64,000 nt of DNA from an uncultured Oscillospiraceae bacterium. GTDB lineage: Bacteria > Bacillota > Clostridia > UMGS1883. Location of the stretch: NCBI GenBank assembly GCA_964385605.1, contig CAYLPQ010000002.1, positions 28,611 through 92,610 on the forward strand, in the 5' to 3' direction. Position 1 is the stretch's first letter; every line of letters starts with the position of its first letter. A program made the translations under genes and the position numbers. The notes under the pieces were generated by a model that saw only the letters and a list, made by a program, of their open reading frames with translations, ran no database searches and was not told where the DNA came from. Below, piece after piece: positions 9,346 to 19,622 of this stretch.

Positions 9346-9483
9346 ATTATGAGAACAGTATTACATTAAAAGTATATAGGTGGCAGGAAAACGATGCTTG
9401 TAATATATCGTGTAGGCTCGTTTTATCCACTTTTTGTGTTGGAATGTGAGTTTTTACAGAAGCGGAAATATTATATAATAAAC

Positions 9484-11766
9484 TTAATCTTCTGTTCTTT
9501 TTTCCGATGTCAGCTTCTTATACTCAATAGCCGTAACTCCTTCTATCTGCTTAAATACGCGGATAAAGGTTCTGTAACTGCCGAAGCCCGTATTGTCGCA
9601 TATCTCACCCAGAGACATATCGGTGTTTGCAAGTAACGATTTTGCTTTCTGCACTCTGATTTCGTTAATGAAATCGTGGAGGTTGATGTTCTGCTGTTCT
9701 TTAAACAGCTTTGACAGATAATTACGGTTCATATGGAACTTTTCTGCGATAGATGTGACTGACATTTCAGGGTCAGTGAAGTTTTCTTTTATGTGACTTA
9801 TTATTCTGAAACTAAGGTCGTCACTACTTTCGATTTTCTGTATTTTGATTTCATCGCAATATGCTTTAAATACGTTCATAACCGTGTTTGTTGCCACAGA
9901 AATATCAGTACAGTTAAGTATAAAGCGGATTGTAGCCTTAATGTCGATGTTTAAGGTGATGCTTTGTTCACTTTCATTCTTGCAGGATTTAAGAACACTG
10001 TTAAGAAGGTCAAGAAGCAGACATCTGGCAAAATCAAGGGAGAACGCGTCGCTCTTGAAATTAATGTCAAACAGCTGTGTAAGCTCTCCGAGAAGTGCAT
10101 CAAAATTACCTTCCTTCAACAAAGAAATAATAGTCTGCTCCTTTGAAAGTGGGAAGTAATATCCTGCAGAAGTCCCGGTTTCTATATCGGTGAAGTGGTA
10201 TATACCGTTGTGAGGGTTAACTTTTTTCAGCGCTGTAATGTCAAGAGCCTCGTGATACGCATTGGTGAGGGCATCTGTACCCGTGTGAATACCGCTTGTA
10301 CAGCAGATAATATCAAAACCGAAGTGATTAAAGTTTTTATGTACACCGTAAACCACACATTTGAGCATTTCGTAAAGCCTGGGAACATATGTTGCATCCT
10401 CGAAATAGAACACATAACAGCAATCTCCGTTAATTGTTGCGGAAATATTTTCAAAAGAATATGTTGGAAGAATTGTTGAAATAACCTGCCGGAGCAGTGA
10501 CTGTGCTGCATCCAAGGATGAAACTTCCTCCTCCTTTGTACATAGAGAGAAAAGTGCGACAACATATTCTTTGTCAGGAAGATTTAGTGAATCTTCGGCA
10601 ATGTCTGCATCGCCATAACCCAGCAAAAGCCTGCTGAGCTGATGCTGTTTTATTCTGGTGGTTTTTTCTGCGTCGCGGCGGTGAAGCTCTCTGTTTGCGG
10701 AAGAAATGTCCTTGAAATGATCGCGAAGCAAATCAAACTCATTGCTGCCTACTTTTTTCTTCTTGATGTTAAAGGCATCCATTACCTTGGCAATAGGTTT
10801 GTAATTTCTCTTGACAAGAGTGATTATTACAAGAACTGTGATAATCAGAGTCAGAATGAATATTGCGGTATAGATGTTCTGCATTGTATTAATTTCAGAG
10901 TATATTTCACTTCGAGGGAGTACATATACAAATTTCCACCCGTTGGAAATGGCAGTGGACTCAATAACCGAATAGTCTTCAAACCGGTTGTTTTTAATAT
11001 CTGCATTCTTGATTTCATCACTTAAATCAAAGTTGCCTTCGGATAAAATAAGATTGTTGTTAGCGTCATATATAAGAAGATTACCCTCGCCGAAAGCATA
11101 CAGATTAGATGCGTTATTAAGCATTGCAGGCAGGTTGATACCTACAAGAATGGTTACAGGTGATGACTGGGAGCTGTAAATTGCAGGTACGGTAAGTGCG
11201 TAAAATACACGCGGATTCTCACCGGGAATACGCAGAAACGTCTCCTTATGCCAGCGGGACAGGAATTTTTCAAGGTCTTGCTGTGTGAAGCCTTTTGTGC
11301 CTGAACCGTCATCAAGCAGTATTGTATAAAATTCATCCGGTGAATAGCTGCTTGACGGACCTATTATTGTGTCAAGGTTGTGGAAATACACATACGGACG
11401 GAAAAGATAGTCGCCTGTATTGAAAAATATATCTTTGGAAAGAAGGCCCGACAGCTGATAGATTTTTTCGTAATCTGACGGTGACAGCTCTGCCTCTTCA
11501 GATAGGCTTGAAAGGTCGCTTACGTAACTATTGGTAGAAAGCTTGGTTGCAAAGTTTTCTACATAAGAAATCTGACTGTAAACATTTTCTCCCATACTGG
11601 AAAGAACTGTCTCTGTTGAAGTGATTACACTTTTTTCATGTATGTTCTGCGAATGGAGCAGAGTGAATGCGCTGAAAAGAAACGGCAGACATACTGCCAC
11701 AACGTATGAGAATGCCCACGCATAAAGAATGGTGGATTTAAATGTTTTTTTAATTTTTGTCGGCAC
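9484..11766 (-). CDS. Membrane-spanning AraC-family transcriptional regulator (one-component sensor)
   Basis: GTG start at 11766 preceded by AAAGGAGGTG. TM1 ILYAWAFSYVVAVCLPFLFSAF, a ~270-aa external domain, then TM2 AIFILTLIITVLVIITLV. C-terminal AraC HTH (SVTSIAEKFHMNRNYLSKLFKE ... GFGSYRTFIRVFKQIEGVTAIEYKK). Confidence 0.85.
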   Translation of the reverse strand: MPTKIKKTFKSTILYAWAFSYVVAVCLPFLFSAFTLLHSQNIHEKSVITSTETVLSSMGENVYSQISYVENFATKLSTNSYVSDLSSLSEEAELSPSDYEKIYQLSGLLSKDIFFNTGDYLFRPYVYFHNLDTIIGPSSSYSPDEFYTILLDDGSGTKGFTQQDLEKFLSRWHKETFLRIPGENPRVFYALTVPAIYSSQSSPVTILVGINLPAMLNNASNLYAFGEGNLLIYDANNNLILSEGNFDLSDEIKNADIKNNRFEDYSVIESTAISNGWKFVYVLPRSEIYSEINTMQNIYTAIFILTLIITVLVIITLVKRNYKPIAKVMDAFNIKKKKVGSNEFDLLRDHFKDISSANRELHRRDAEKTTRIKQHQLSRLLLGYGDADIAEDSLNLPDKEYVVALFSLCTKEEEVSSLDAAQSLLRQVISTILPTYSFENISATINGDCCYVFYFEDATYVPRLYEMLKCVVYGVHKNFNHFGFDIICCTSGIHTGTDALTNAYHEALDITALKKVNPHNGIYHFTDIETGTSAGYYFPLSKEQTIISLLKEGNFDALLGELTQLFDINFKSDAFSLDFARCLLLDLLNSVLKSCKNESEQSITLNIDIKATIRFILNCTDISVATNTVMNVFKAYCDEIKIQKIESSDDLSFRIISHIKENFTDPEMSVTSIAEKFHMNRNYLSKLFKEQQNINLHDFINEIRVQKAKSLLANTDMSLGEICDNTGFGSYRTFIRVFKQIEGVTAIEYKKLTSEKRTED

Positions 11767-11958
11767 ACATTCACCTCCTTTAAAATTCAGGATAAGTATA
11801 CCACACTTTGAAACGCAGTTCAAGGTCAAAAAGTGATATTCGATATTGAAATAAGTTTTTTTATGTCTCAATATGCTTATAAATGGAGTAGCTTACACCT
11901 GATAAGTAATAAAAATCACAGATGTTAAGAAAAATGTGAAAAAATTAGCAAAATGTTA

Positions 11959-12017
11959 GATTTTGTCCTAAAGGAGAAAAATTGTCTCTTGAAAATATTA
12001 GCCCAAATAGGTACAAT
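11959..12017 (+). promoter_or_regulatory. Promoter of the solute-binding protein gene carrying the same upstream block as 4843-4876
   Basis: -35 TTGAAA (11989-11994), 17-nt spacer, -10 TACAAT (12012-12017). GATTTTGTCCTAAAGGAGAAAAATTGTCTCTTGA aligns with GATTTTGACCTAAAAGTGAGATTTTGTCTCTTGA at 4843-4876 (28 of 34 positions by hand count). Confidence 0.55.
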
Positions 12018-12061
12018 ATAAACGTATTAAAATGGTTTAGTGTAATCAGAAAGGAGAAAAC

Positions 12062-13618
12062 GTGTTGAGAAAACGGATAGCATTTATTTTGTCGGTTGTT
12101 CTGACTCTGACAACTGTTGCAGCTTGTACAAAAAAAGAAAACAAAATAACCGATGAAAAATATCCGCTTGAAACTGAAGTTACTCTTACTTATTGGGTGA
12201 GCCAATCTTCCTCACAACAACATTTTGCAAATAACAACGGTGACCTTCCTTTGTCCGCAGAACTTGAAAAAGCGACCGGTGTCAATATTGAATGGATTCA
12301 TCCGGAGCGGGGAAGTGACTTATATACACTTATAGCAACTGACAATCTGCCGGATATAATTTTCTATAACTGGAATTTGTTCCCCGGTGGTGCGGCAAAG
12401 GCGATTGATGACGGTTACATATTCCCCCTTAACGATATTATTGACAAATGGTCACCTAATTTCAAAAATATAATTGAAAATGACCCTCGGCTTGAAAGGG
12501 CGCTTCTTACAGATAACGGTGAATTTTGCTATTACCCACTTATACAGCAGGACAGGGCATTAAGAACTACAGGGGGTCTTATGCTGCGCGGTGACTGGCT
12601 GGAGGAGTTGGGATATTCCGCTCCTGAAACCATCGACGAATGGGAAACGGTACTTCGTGCATTCAAAAATAAAAAAGGCGCGTCTGCCCCGCTGTTTATA
12701 GAAGTAGGCGGCTTTGGTGTGGGAGCTTTTACAGGAGCTTACGGAGTGCAGTGGACATACTATCAGGAAAACGGCAAGGTTTGCTACGGACCGGCGCAAC
12801 CGGGATATAAGGATTTCCTCATTACGATGAATAAATGGTATAACGAAGGGCTCATAGATAGGGAATTTGCAGTGACAAATTCTGCAAAAAGAGAAGCAAA
12901 TATATTAAGTGGTAAGACCGGAGCAATGTATGGTGGCCTTGGCGGAAGTCTCGGTGCATATAATGCCAAACTCAAAACTATCGGCTCTGACGGATATTTT
13001 GTAGGAACAAAGTACCCCGTGCTGAATAAAGGTGATAAGCCCAAGTTCGGTCAGTATTCCAGCTTTACCGTATCAGGTGCAGCAATCAGTAAAAGCTGTG
13101 AAAACGTGGAGGTAGCTGCAAGATTTCTTGATTACGGTTATAGTACGGTGGGAAGCCTGCTGTATCAGTTCGGTACGGAGGGTGTGTCCTACAATATGGA
13201 AAACGGATATCCGAAATATACAAAATTGATTACCGACAATCCTGACGGGATTACTATGGCAACTATCCTTGGTAAATATACCAACGCAGGCTTTTCAGGA
13301 CCTTTCGTGCAGGATATACGTTATCTTGAACAGTATGCAGACAGCGAAGTTCAGCGGGATGCGTGGCAGAAATGGATGGATACTGACGCAGAAAAATATG
13401 AATTGCCCGGAAGTTTTACCGAAGGTGAGAGCCTTGGTGAATACGGACGGCTTAACAGAGCGATAGACCAGTATGCGCAGGAAATGCTCGTTAAATTTAT
13501 TTTAGGCACAGAGCCTATTGAGAATTTCGATTTATATATTAAAGAGCTTTATAATCTCGGGCTTGATGATCTGCTTCAGATAAAGCAGTCGTCTTATGAA
13601 AAATATATGGCGAGATAA
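12062..13618 (+). CDS. Extracellular solute-binding lipoprotein (ABC-type family 1 SBP), orphan
   Basis: GTG start after AAGGAG. Lipobox LTTVAAC. Size and sequence are typical of sugar-binding SBPs (YWVSQSS..., WNLFPGG, KYTNAGFSGPF). No permease or ATPase genes are found anywhere in the window. Confidence 0.85.
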   Translation: MLRKRIAFILSVVLTLTTVAACTKKENKITDEKYPLETEVTLTYWVSQSSSQQHFANNNGDLPLSAELEKATGVNIEWIHPERGSDLYTLIATDNLPDIIFYNWNLFPGGAAKAIDDGYIFPLNDIIDKWSPNFKNIIENDPRLERALLTDNGEFCYYPLIQQDRALRTTGGLMLRGDWLEELGYSAPETIDEWETVLRAFKNKKGASAPLFIEVGGFGVGAFTGAYGVQWTYYQENGKVCYGPAQPGYKDFLITMNKWYNEGLIDREFAVTNSAKREANILSGKTGAMYGGLGGSLGAYNAKLKTIGSDGYFVGTKYPVLNKGDKPKFGQYSSFTVSGAAISKSCENVEVAARFLDYGYSTVGSLLYQFGTEGVSYNMENGYPKYTKLITDNPDGITMATILGKYTNAGFSGPFVQDIRYLEQYADSEVQRDAWQKWMDTDAEKYELPGSFTEGESLGEYGRLNRAIDQYAQEMLVKFILGTEPIENFDLYIKELYNLGLDDLLQIKQSSYEKYMAR

Positions 13619-13737
13619 AGGCAAACAGCATACGGAATCTCTATTTAATTATTGTTTGCCCAAGGGGAAGCCTCGTATACAAAACAAGATAATTATTAAA
13701 ATTTACATATACAAACAACAAAATGGAGGTATTGACT

Positions 13738-16700
13738 ATGAAAAGAAGAATTGCACTTTTAATGGCATTGGTATTTGCTTTTATATGCACAGTACCCGTG
13801 GCTTTTGCCGAGGAAACTGTGGTAGAAGAAGCTATTACAGAAGAAGAAATACCTGCGGAAGAACCCGCAGAAGAAACTCCTACAGAAGAAACCATAGAGG
13901 AATCTACAGAGGAAGATATTCCTGAACAGGAGCCTGCAGAGGAAGAAATTCCCGTAATTGAAGATGCTACAGAGGAAAAAACAGAAGATGAAGTTATTCT
14001 TGATAAAGAAAAAGAGGAAGAGATGACACTTCAGGCAGTTACTTCTGATGTGCAGGCAGTTGCGGATGCTATCACAGCAGAAATGCTTACATCCGGCAGA
14101 GAGCCTGCGCACGCAGTTACAAAGAATCTTGATATGTCACTTGAAGGTGATATCACACTTCCTGACGGTGTTACAGTAGAATTTTCAAGCAGTGACACAT
14201 CTGTTATCGGAAATGACGGTACAGTAGTCCGCGCTATCGGTGAGGATAAGACTGTTACAGTAACCGTAACAGTTTCAAAGGATGGCAGTGACGATGTTAC
14301 CAAGGAGCTTGTATTTACTGTTCTCAATATGGAAACAGCAGTTCTCTATTCAAACAACTACTACTATCCTGACCTTGTGAATACAGAGTTTGTTGGATAT
14401 GACAGTGGCTCCAATAAGATTATCACCGCAATTCCGGAGTTTAACTATAGCAGCACAACAGATAATACAGGTCATGTCAGCTCACATCTTTATTCTTACG
14501 CAGATGGATACGGTGTAAATGTCAAACGTCTTGAGGGTACGGGTGTTTGTTACCTTGATAGTTTCACAAATGTATCAGCTTCTGAACAGACAAAGCTCAT
14601 ACACAGCGCAACTATCAACATTTCCGACTGGGGCAGTCAGGTAAAAAGACTTGATATTGAGCTTTTCGGAACAACAACCAAAGTGGTTAGTATGGGAAAG
14701 GTTGAAATAAACGAGGCTACCGGATCTATTACAGTAGTTCCCACTTCGGGCTCCAGCTTTGAACGAATATACGTGTCAAAAAGATTAAGCCTTAACACAG
14801 ACTACAAGCTTGATTTCGTGGTTGACTTTGAAAATAACAAGTTTGAGTTCTTTGTTAACGGTGAAAACTACTTTGAAGGTATTGAGTTCGGTATCCTTGA
14901 TGCATTCGAACCTGCCATTCAGAAGGCAAACTACTATTTCTTTAGAACAGCAGCAGGTGCGACCTTTACTATCAAGGACACAATTGTTACAGGTGCGTTT
15001 GACCTTTCTGACCCGCAGGTGGCACTTGATATGATTGATGAAAGCTGTTTCACATATACAAACAGCAGTAAAATTACAGAGGACTTCGAGCTTGTTCTTC
15101 CTGCAAATGTGGAAACACTCTGTGAGCTCTATGATTTTGATGTAACTCTTACAAGCAGTAAGACATCAGCTATCGCAATTGACGGGTACAGCGCAACAGT
15201 TACAAAGGATGAGGAGAAGCAGGAGGTAACTCTCACTGTTGAAGTGGCTTCAGCAGATAAGTCTGTTACAAAGACCTTTGACGTTAAGGTACACAATCTT
15301 GCCGCTGTAAATATGATTGAGGCGGAGGTTCCCGTTATTACAGACAACGGAGAAAACAAGGATATTTCAGTAGATGTATGCTGTGAAAATCTTATCGAGG
15401 GCGAGACATCTGCTCCCGTTTATCTCTTTGCGGTTAGAAAAGATAAGGCAAGCGGTAAAATTGATGCAGTTGCCGTTGACTCATGCACACTTACAATTGG
15501 TGCAAGCGATACTCTTACAGCATCACTTCCTGATGGTGGTGACGCATACGATTATAAAGTATATGTATGGGATAGCTTTGAAAGTCAGACATCTCTTATC
15601 AATCAGCCCCCTGCAGAGCCTACCGACCTTGTGGTAACGGGTACAACAACAGGCACAGCAGACCTTGAATGGACAAGAGCTGATGATGACAGAAAAGCAG
15701 TTTCTTCCTATAATATATACAGAGACGGAAACCTTGTTGGTTCGACAACAGATACAAGCTATACTGGTGGTCAGCTTGACTTCGGGGCAACATATACATA
15801 CGAAGTGACAACAGTTGACGATTCAGGCCTTGAATCAGAGTATAAGGCATCAGTTGCTGCAACAGCGGCAACGGTTCCCACTATCACATATGTTTCAGGC
15901 GACCCGGAGGGAGCACCCAATGCAACACAGGTCAACTCCGAGAACATAGCTTGCTCATGGGCAGGAAATAATACATATCTCTGGACAGCACCTACGGAAG
16001 CTGACGGACGTATGTGCCACGAAACTACACTTTACGTGAGAAAAAATGCAGACGGAAGTACCCAGGATATTCACTCATTCTTCCACACAAAGTCACCTTT
16101 TACTTATATTGATGGTGACACAAGAGATATTGTAATAGAAATTACCTACTTTGACGAAAAACCTGCGGAAAACACAGGTACAGAAACAATTTCTGTTGCT
16201 TACCAGGGTGGTAGTGTGAGCACTCAGTTTAAAGATACAGGCTACTGGAAAACGGCGGTGTTTGAAATAAACAACGCAAAGTTTACAGAAGCTGCACTTA
16301 CAAACTATACTGAAAAGTACAATATCAGATTTAACTCTACAACCCCCGGACTTAAAATTTATCAGACAACTGTTGTAAATGCAGACGAATATGTAAGACC
16401 TGCGGCATCAGTTAGGATGACAGACGCACTTACACTCCGTGATATTCTCATTTACAGAGAAGACGGTCAGATAGCTTATGACGTAGTTAATGATGTGAAC
16501 TGCCTTAAGCTTGAAAGCGGAAACTACCTTGAAATGGATGTAGAAACAATTGCAGCATCGCAGAGAGAGGTTAGTGTTGAAATCTGCTACTACGATGAAG
16601 GAAATGAAAACATATTCCTTGAATATGCAGGTGAGTCAGGCTCCGGTATGGAGATTATTTCAAGAGAGGGCAGTGGCGAGTGGAAGACAGCACTCATTAA

Positions 16701-16812
16701 TCTTAACGATGCAATGCTTGACGGAAGCCTTTCAAGTAATTTCGGAAGAACAGTTGACCTTAAGCTCTTCGGCGATGGCGACCTTCACATTAAGTCAGTG
16801 AGAGTTTATTAA
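13738..16812 (+). CDS. Secreted multidomain protein: acidic E/P/T-rich linker, aBig Ig-like modules, LamG-like, FN3, two C-terminal WKT beta-sandwich modules
   Basis: ATG 13738 after GGAGG. Signal peptide ending VAFA|EE. Acidic tract at nt 13810-14022. FN3 at about 15607-15870 (DLEWTRA...YNIYRDG...YTYEVTTVD). No anchor motif at the C-terminus. Confidence 0.7.
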   Translation: MKRRIALLMALVFAFICTVPVAFAEETVVEEAITEEEIPAEEPAEETPTEETIEESTEEDIPEQEPAEEEIPVIEDATEEKTEDEVILDKEKEEEMTLQAVTSDVQAVADAITAEMLTSGREPAHAVTKNLDMSLEGDITLPDGVTVEFSSSDTSVIGNDGTVVRAIGEDKTVTVTVTVSKDGSDDVTKELVFTVLNMETAVLYSNNYYYPDLVNTEFVGYDSGSNKIITAIPEFNYSSTTDNTGHVSSHLYSYADGYGVNVKRLEGTGVCYLDSFTNVSASEQTKLIHSATINISDWGSQVKRLDIELFGTTTKVVSMGKVEINEATGSITVVPTSGSSFERIYVSKRLSLNTDYKLDFVVDFENNKFEFFVNGENYFEGIEFGILDAFEPAIQKANYYFFRTAAGATFTIKDTIVTGAFDLSDPQVALDMIDESCFTYTNSSKITEDFELVLPANVETLCELYDFDVTLTSSKTSAIAIDGYSATVTKDEEKQEVTLTVEVASADKSVTKTFDVKVHNLAAVNMIEAEVPVITDNGENKDISVDVCCENLIEGETSAPVYLFAVRKDKASGKIDAVAVDSCTLTIGASDTLTASLPDGGDAYDYKVYVWDSFESQTSLINQPPAEPTDLVVTGTTTGTADLEWTRADDDRKAVSSYNIYRDGNLVGSTTDTSYTGGQLDFGATYTYEVTTVDDSGLESEYKASVAATAATVPTITYVSGDPEGAPNATQVNSENIACSWAGNNTYLWTAPTEADGRMCHETTLYVRKNADGSTQDIHSFFHTKSPFTYIDGDTRDIVIEITYFDEKPAENTGTETISVAYQGGSVSTQFKDTGYWKTAVFEINNAKFTEAALTNYTEKYNIRFNSTTPGLKIYQTTVVNADEYVRPAASVRMTDALTLRDILIYREDGQIAYDVVNDVNCLKLESGNYLEMDVETIAASQREVSVEICYYDEGNENIFLEYAGESGSGMEIISREGSGEWKTALINLNDAMLDGSLSSNFGRTVDLKLFGDGDLHIKSVRVY

Positions 16813-16856
16813 TAGTTCGAAGTTCATTTCGAATTTATAAAGAAGGAGGTAATACG

Positions 16857-19622
16857 ATGAAATATATAAAGAGCTTCGGCATTGCGCTGATGCTTGTCCT
16901 CATGGGAATGTTTGCATCGATTTGTGCAAATGCGGCATATATCGAACAGCATCCCATTACCGAGGTTGAGGCTCCCGGTGAAAACAGTGCATATATAACT
17001 TTTACCGCAGAACCGAAGAGTAATATGATTGAAATGCTCGGCAGTGAAGAACTGAGCATTAATGACGAGCTTTACAGTGAGCCCGCAACTTTCCTCGGAA
17101 TTGAGGGTAGACAGGTATACAAACAGAATGTTTTTTATATGAAGGTGGACCCTGCATTTGCGGACCCCACAGACTGTGCATTTGCAATTATCATCGACTA
17201 CTGGGACTACGGCGGATCAGGTTATTTCCACCTGGAGTATACCCCCCAGGACGGCAGTGAGACAAAGCGAATCAGTGTCCTCAAGCAGGGTGATGAGAAA
17301 GACCCCAATGACCAGAGCTGGCACCGTATGGTAACATACATCGCTGACGGTCAGTTTGCAAACAGATACGAAAACGGCGGCGACCTGCGTATTTATTCAG
17401 GCGCATTCAATACCTTTGCCCATGTTGAGATTATAAACCTCAGCCGTTATGCAAAGGATTCTGTAGAAAACTACGGTGTTGTTAACGACAACAAAGCGAA
17501 GCTTCTTAATGATAACGGCTTCTATGAATGGGACGGCACACAGGAAATGCTCCTTCGTGAGTATACGAGAGAGCAGGCACTTGTGGATATAGTAAAGGTT
17601 CTCGCACCTGACAAGGTTATGAAGAAGGTTACTACCGCATATACAGATGTTAAACCTGAAAATCAGGTCTACATTGCAGCGGCGCAGAAACTGGGTCTTA
17701 TACAGACAACGGTTTCGCCCACTCTTCTCGGTGCAGATGAGAAGATAACCCAGGATGAAATGATAAGGATGTTCATTGCTTTTGTAGGCAAGGATGCGAA
17801 AACTCCTGACATTTACACCTATGCAAAGAGCATAAACCTGGTTCTTGGCGACTCAATGATTTTCCAGATGAAGAAAAATGCCAATATGGATAACTTCGTA
17901 TCATTGTCAGTTGCGGCTCTGACAACGGAAATTGACGGTAAAACACCTATTCTTGAAATGATAGAAAACGGTGTCATTGATATTGAGGTTGCATTCCAGG
18001 ACAGCTACATCAGAGAGCTTATTGAACGTAAGCCTTTCAAGCTTCCTGCAAATGAGGAGATTGACCCCATAACAGGCAGAAAGTGGTACTGGATTGACAT
18101 TTTCGGCAACAGAGTTGAGAAGGGGTATATGGCGCAGAATCAGTTCGCACAGGATGGTAAGCGCTTCTACTTCCTTGACGGCTTCAAGAGAGTTTATGAG
18201 TATAATATAGAAACCGAGTACTGTACCTTTATCGATAAGGGTTATGACCCGTGGAACTACACGATTGTAACTACAAAAACAAACCATCTTATATATCTTA
18301 ACTCCAAAAAGCAGATTGTCAGGATGGATTGCGACACTTATGAGAAAGAAGTTGTTGCGGAAATTCCGCCCCAGTTCAACAATGCAAGTCTTTTACACAT
18401 AACACATGACGGCAAGTATATGTCAGTAGAGGGTAGAGATGGTACTCTTGATGTAAAAAAGGAAACACGTTTTGCAGTGGTTAATCTTGAAACGGGTGAG
18501 TGGGACCTTCGTTACTACCATGCTTTCGATACACCTATGTATTACCCCGACCATCTTATGATTAACCCCATAAATCCACGTTATATGATTTTCGTACACG
18601 ATACGGATGCGGCGGCAAGAGAGAGAATATGGCTCCTTGACCTCGAAACGGGCGAAAGATGGAATAACATCTATCAGAAGAGGCTTTATCCAAACGACAA
18701 TATGTCACCAAGCTACTATACCCTCGGTCACGAAAGCTGGTGTCCCGACGGTCTGTATATTATGGGTCAGGCATCCTCAAGATGGATTAACACCTATCTG
18801 ACAGTAGGTTATCCCACAGGTGAGTACAAGTCAGGATATTTCCTGCAGAGATGGGACAACAAGGACAGAATCTTCGTTCCCAATACAATCTGGGACGGCT
18901 GTAACCATCCTTGCGTAGGCTGGACCTCTAACAGATGGTTTGGCGGCGACGGCGGTTACGCAAGTGACAATGAAATTATACTTAAAATGGCAGACACCTA
19001 CTCGGGTATAAACTACGAGCTTGCAACAATCCCTGAAAGCGGTCAGAACCCCGACCATACGCATCCCGCATTCTCATGGGATGACAAAACACTCCTCTTT
19101 GGTCTTACAAAGCCGAACGGAAAAACAGGTCAGTCCTGTATAGGCTGGATGGATGTATCTGATATTATAGAAAATCCCACTCCCGGCGGTAAGTTCACCA
19201 TCGGTCACGAGATAGAGACCTTCTCCTACAAGGATACTGTAAACTTTATGTACGAGGAAGAGGATGAGAACGGTACATACTACCATGTACCCAACAACTT
19301 CCAGATGCCCATACTTGTTAAGCCTGATTATATTGACGAATCAGGAATAGACGTAACAGTAAGCATCACATATAAGGATGAGTCAATCAATCCTATAAAG
19401 CTTACCTATTACACATTCAAGAATGTAGGCGGAAGAAACCGCTCTATGGAATTTGACTATGAAATCCCCCGTGAAAACACAGGCAAGTGGAAGACAATTG
19501 ACATCACTCTTGAAAATATAGGTGTTGACAATCAGGGAGATTTGGGTATGGACTTTATTCTTACTCCCATAGCTTCTGATATGAAGATAAGAGGTGTGGA
19601 AGTTAAGAAGATTGAGAAGTAA
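16857..19622 (+). CDS. Secreted protein with PL22 (oligogalacturonate lyase)-like beta-propeller core flanked by WKT beta-sandwich modules
   Basis: Signal peptide ending ICANA|AY. LGHESWCPDG and NPDHTHPAFSWDDKTLLFG resemble the Ogl motifs THEFW and THPHPSFTPDDK..LF. A degenerate SLH-like stretch is present (YTDVKPENQVYIAAAQKLGLI ... ITQDEMIRMFIAFVG). Confidence 0.5.
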   Translation: MKYIKSFGIALMLVLMGMFASICANAAYIEQHPITEVEAPGENSAYITFTAEPKSNMIEMLGSEELSINDELYSEPATFLGIEGRQVYKQNVFYMKVDPAFADPTDCAFAIIIDYWDYGGSGYFHLEYTPQDGSETKRISVLKQGDEKDPNDQSWHRMVTYIADGQFANRYENGGDLRIYSGAFNTFAHVEIINLSRYAKDSVENYGVVNDNKAKLLNDNGFYEWDGTQEMLLREYTREQALVDIVKVLAPDKVMKKVTTAYTDVKPENQVYIAAAQKLGLIQTTVSPTLLGADEKITQDEMIRMFIAFVGKDAKTPDIYTYAKSINLVLGDSMIFQMKKNANMDNFVSLSVAALTTEIDGKTPILEMIENGVIDIEVAFQDSYIRELIERKPFKLPANEEIDPITGRKWYWIDIFGNRVEKGYMAQNQFAQDGKRFYFLDGFKRVYEYNIETEYCTFIDKGYDPWNYTIVTTKTNHLIYLNSKKQIVRMDCDTYEKEVVAEIPPQFNNASLLHITHDGKYMSVEGRDGTLDVKKETRFAVVNLETGEWDLRYYHAFDTPMYYPDHLMINPINPRYMIFVHDTDAAARERIWLLDLETGERWNNIYQKRLYPNDNMSPSYYTLGHESWCPDGLYIMGQASSRWINTYLTVGYPTGEYKSGYFLQRWDNKDRIFVPNTIWDGCNHPCVGWTSNRWFGGDGGYASDNEIILKMADTYSGINYELATIPESGQNPDHTHPAFSWDDKTLLFGLTKPNGKTGQSCIGWMDVSDIIENPTPGGKFTIGHEIETFSYKDTVNFMYEEEDENGTYYHVPNNFQMPILVKPDYIDESGIDVTVSITYKDESINPIKLTYYTFKNVGGRNRSMEFDYEIPRENTGKWKTIDITLENIGVDNQGDLGMDFILTPIASDMKIRGVEVKKIEK

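Noticed and set aside
9394-9636. An 80-aa + strand ORF downstream of the 6100 gene.
   Set aside because: It starts after the convergent terminator and runs antisense into the 3' end of the AraC regulator gene. There is no RBS.
13810-14022. The E/P/T-rich acidic repeat (EE.P.EE...) was considered as a tandem DNA repeat or contingency locus.
   Set aside because: The nucleotide sequence is not a perfect tandem repeat, and codons and units vary. It looks like an ordinary acidic low-complexity linker after a signal peptide.
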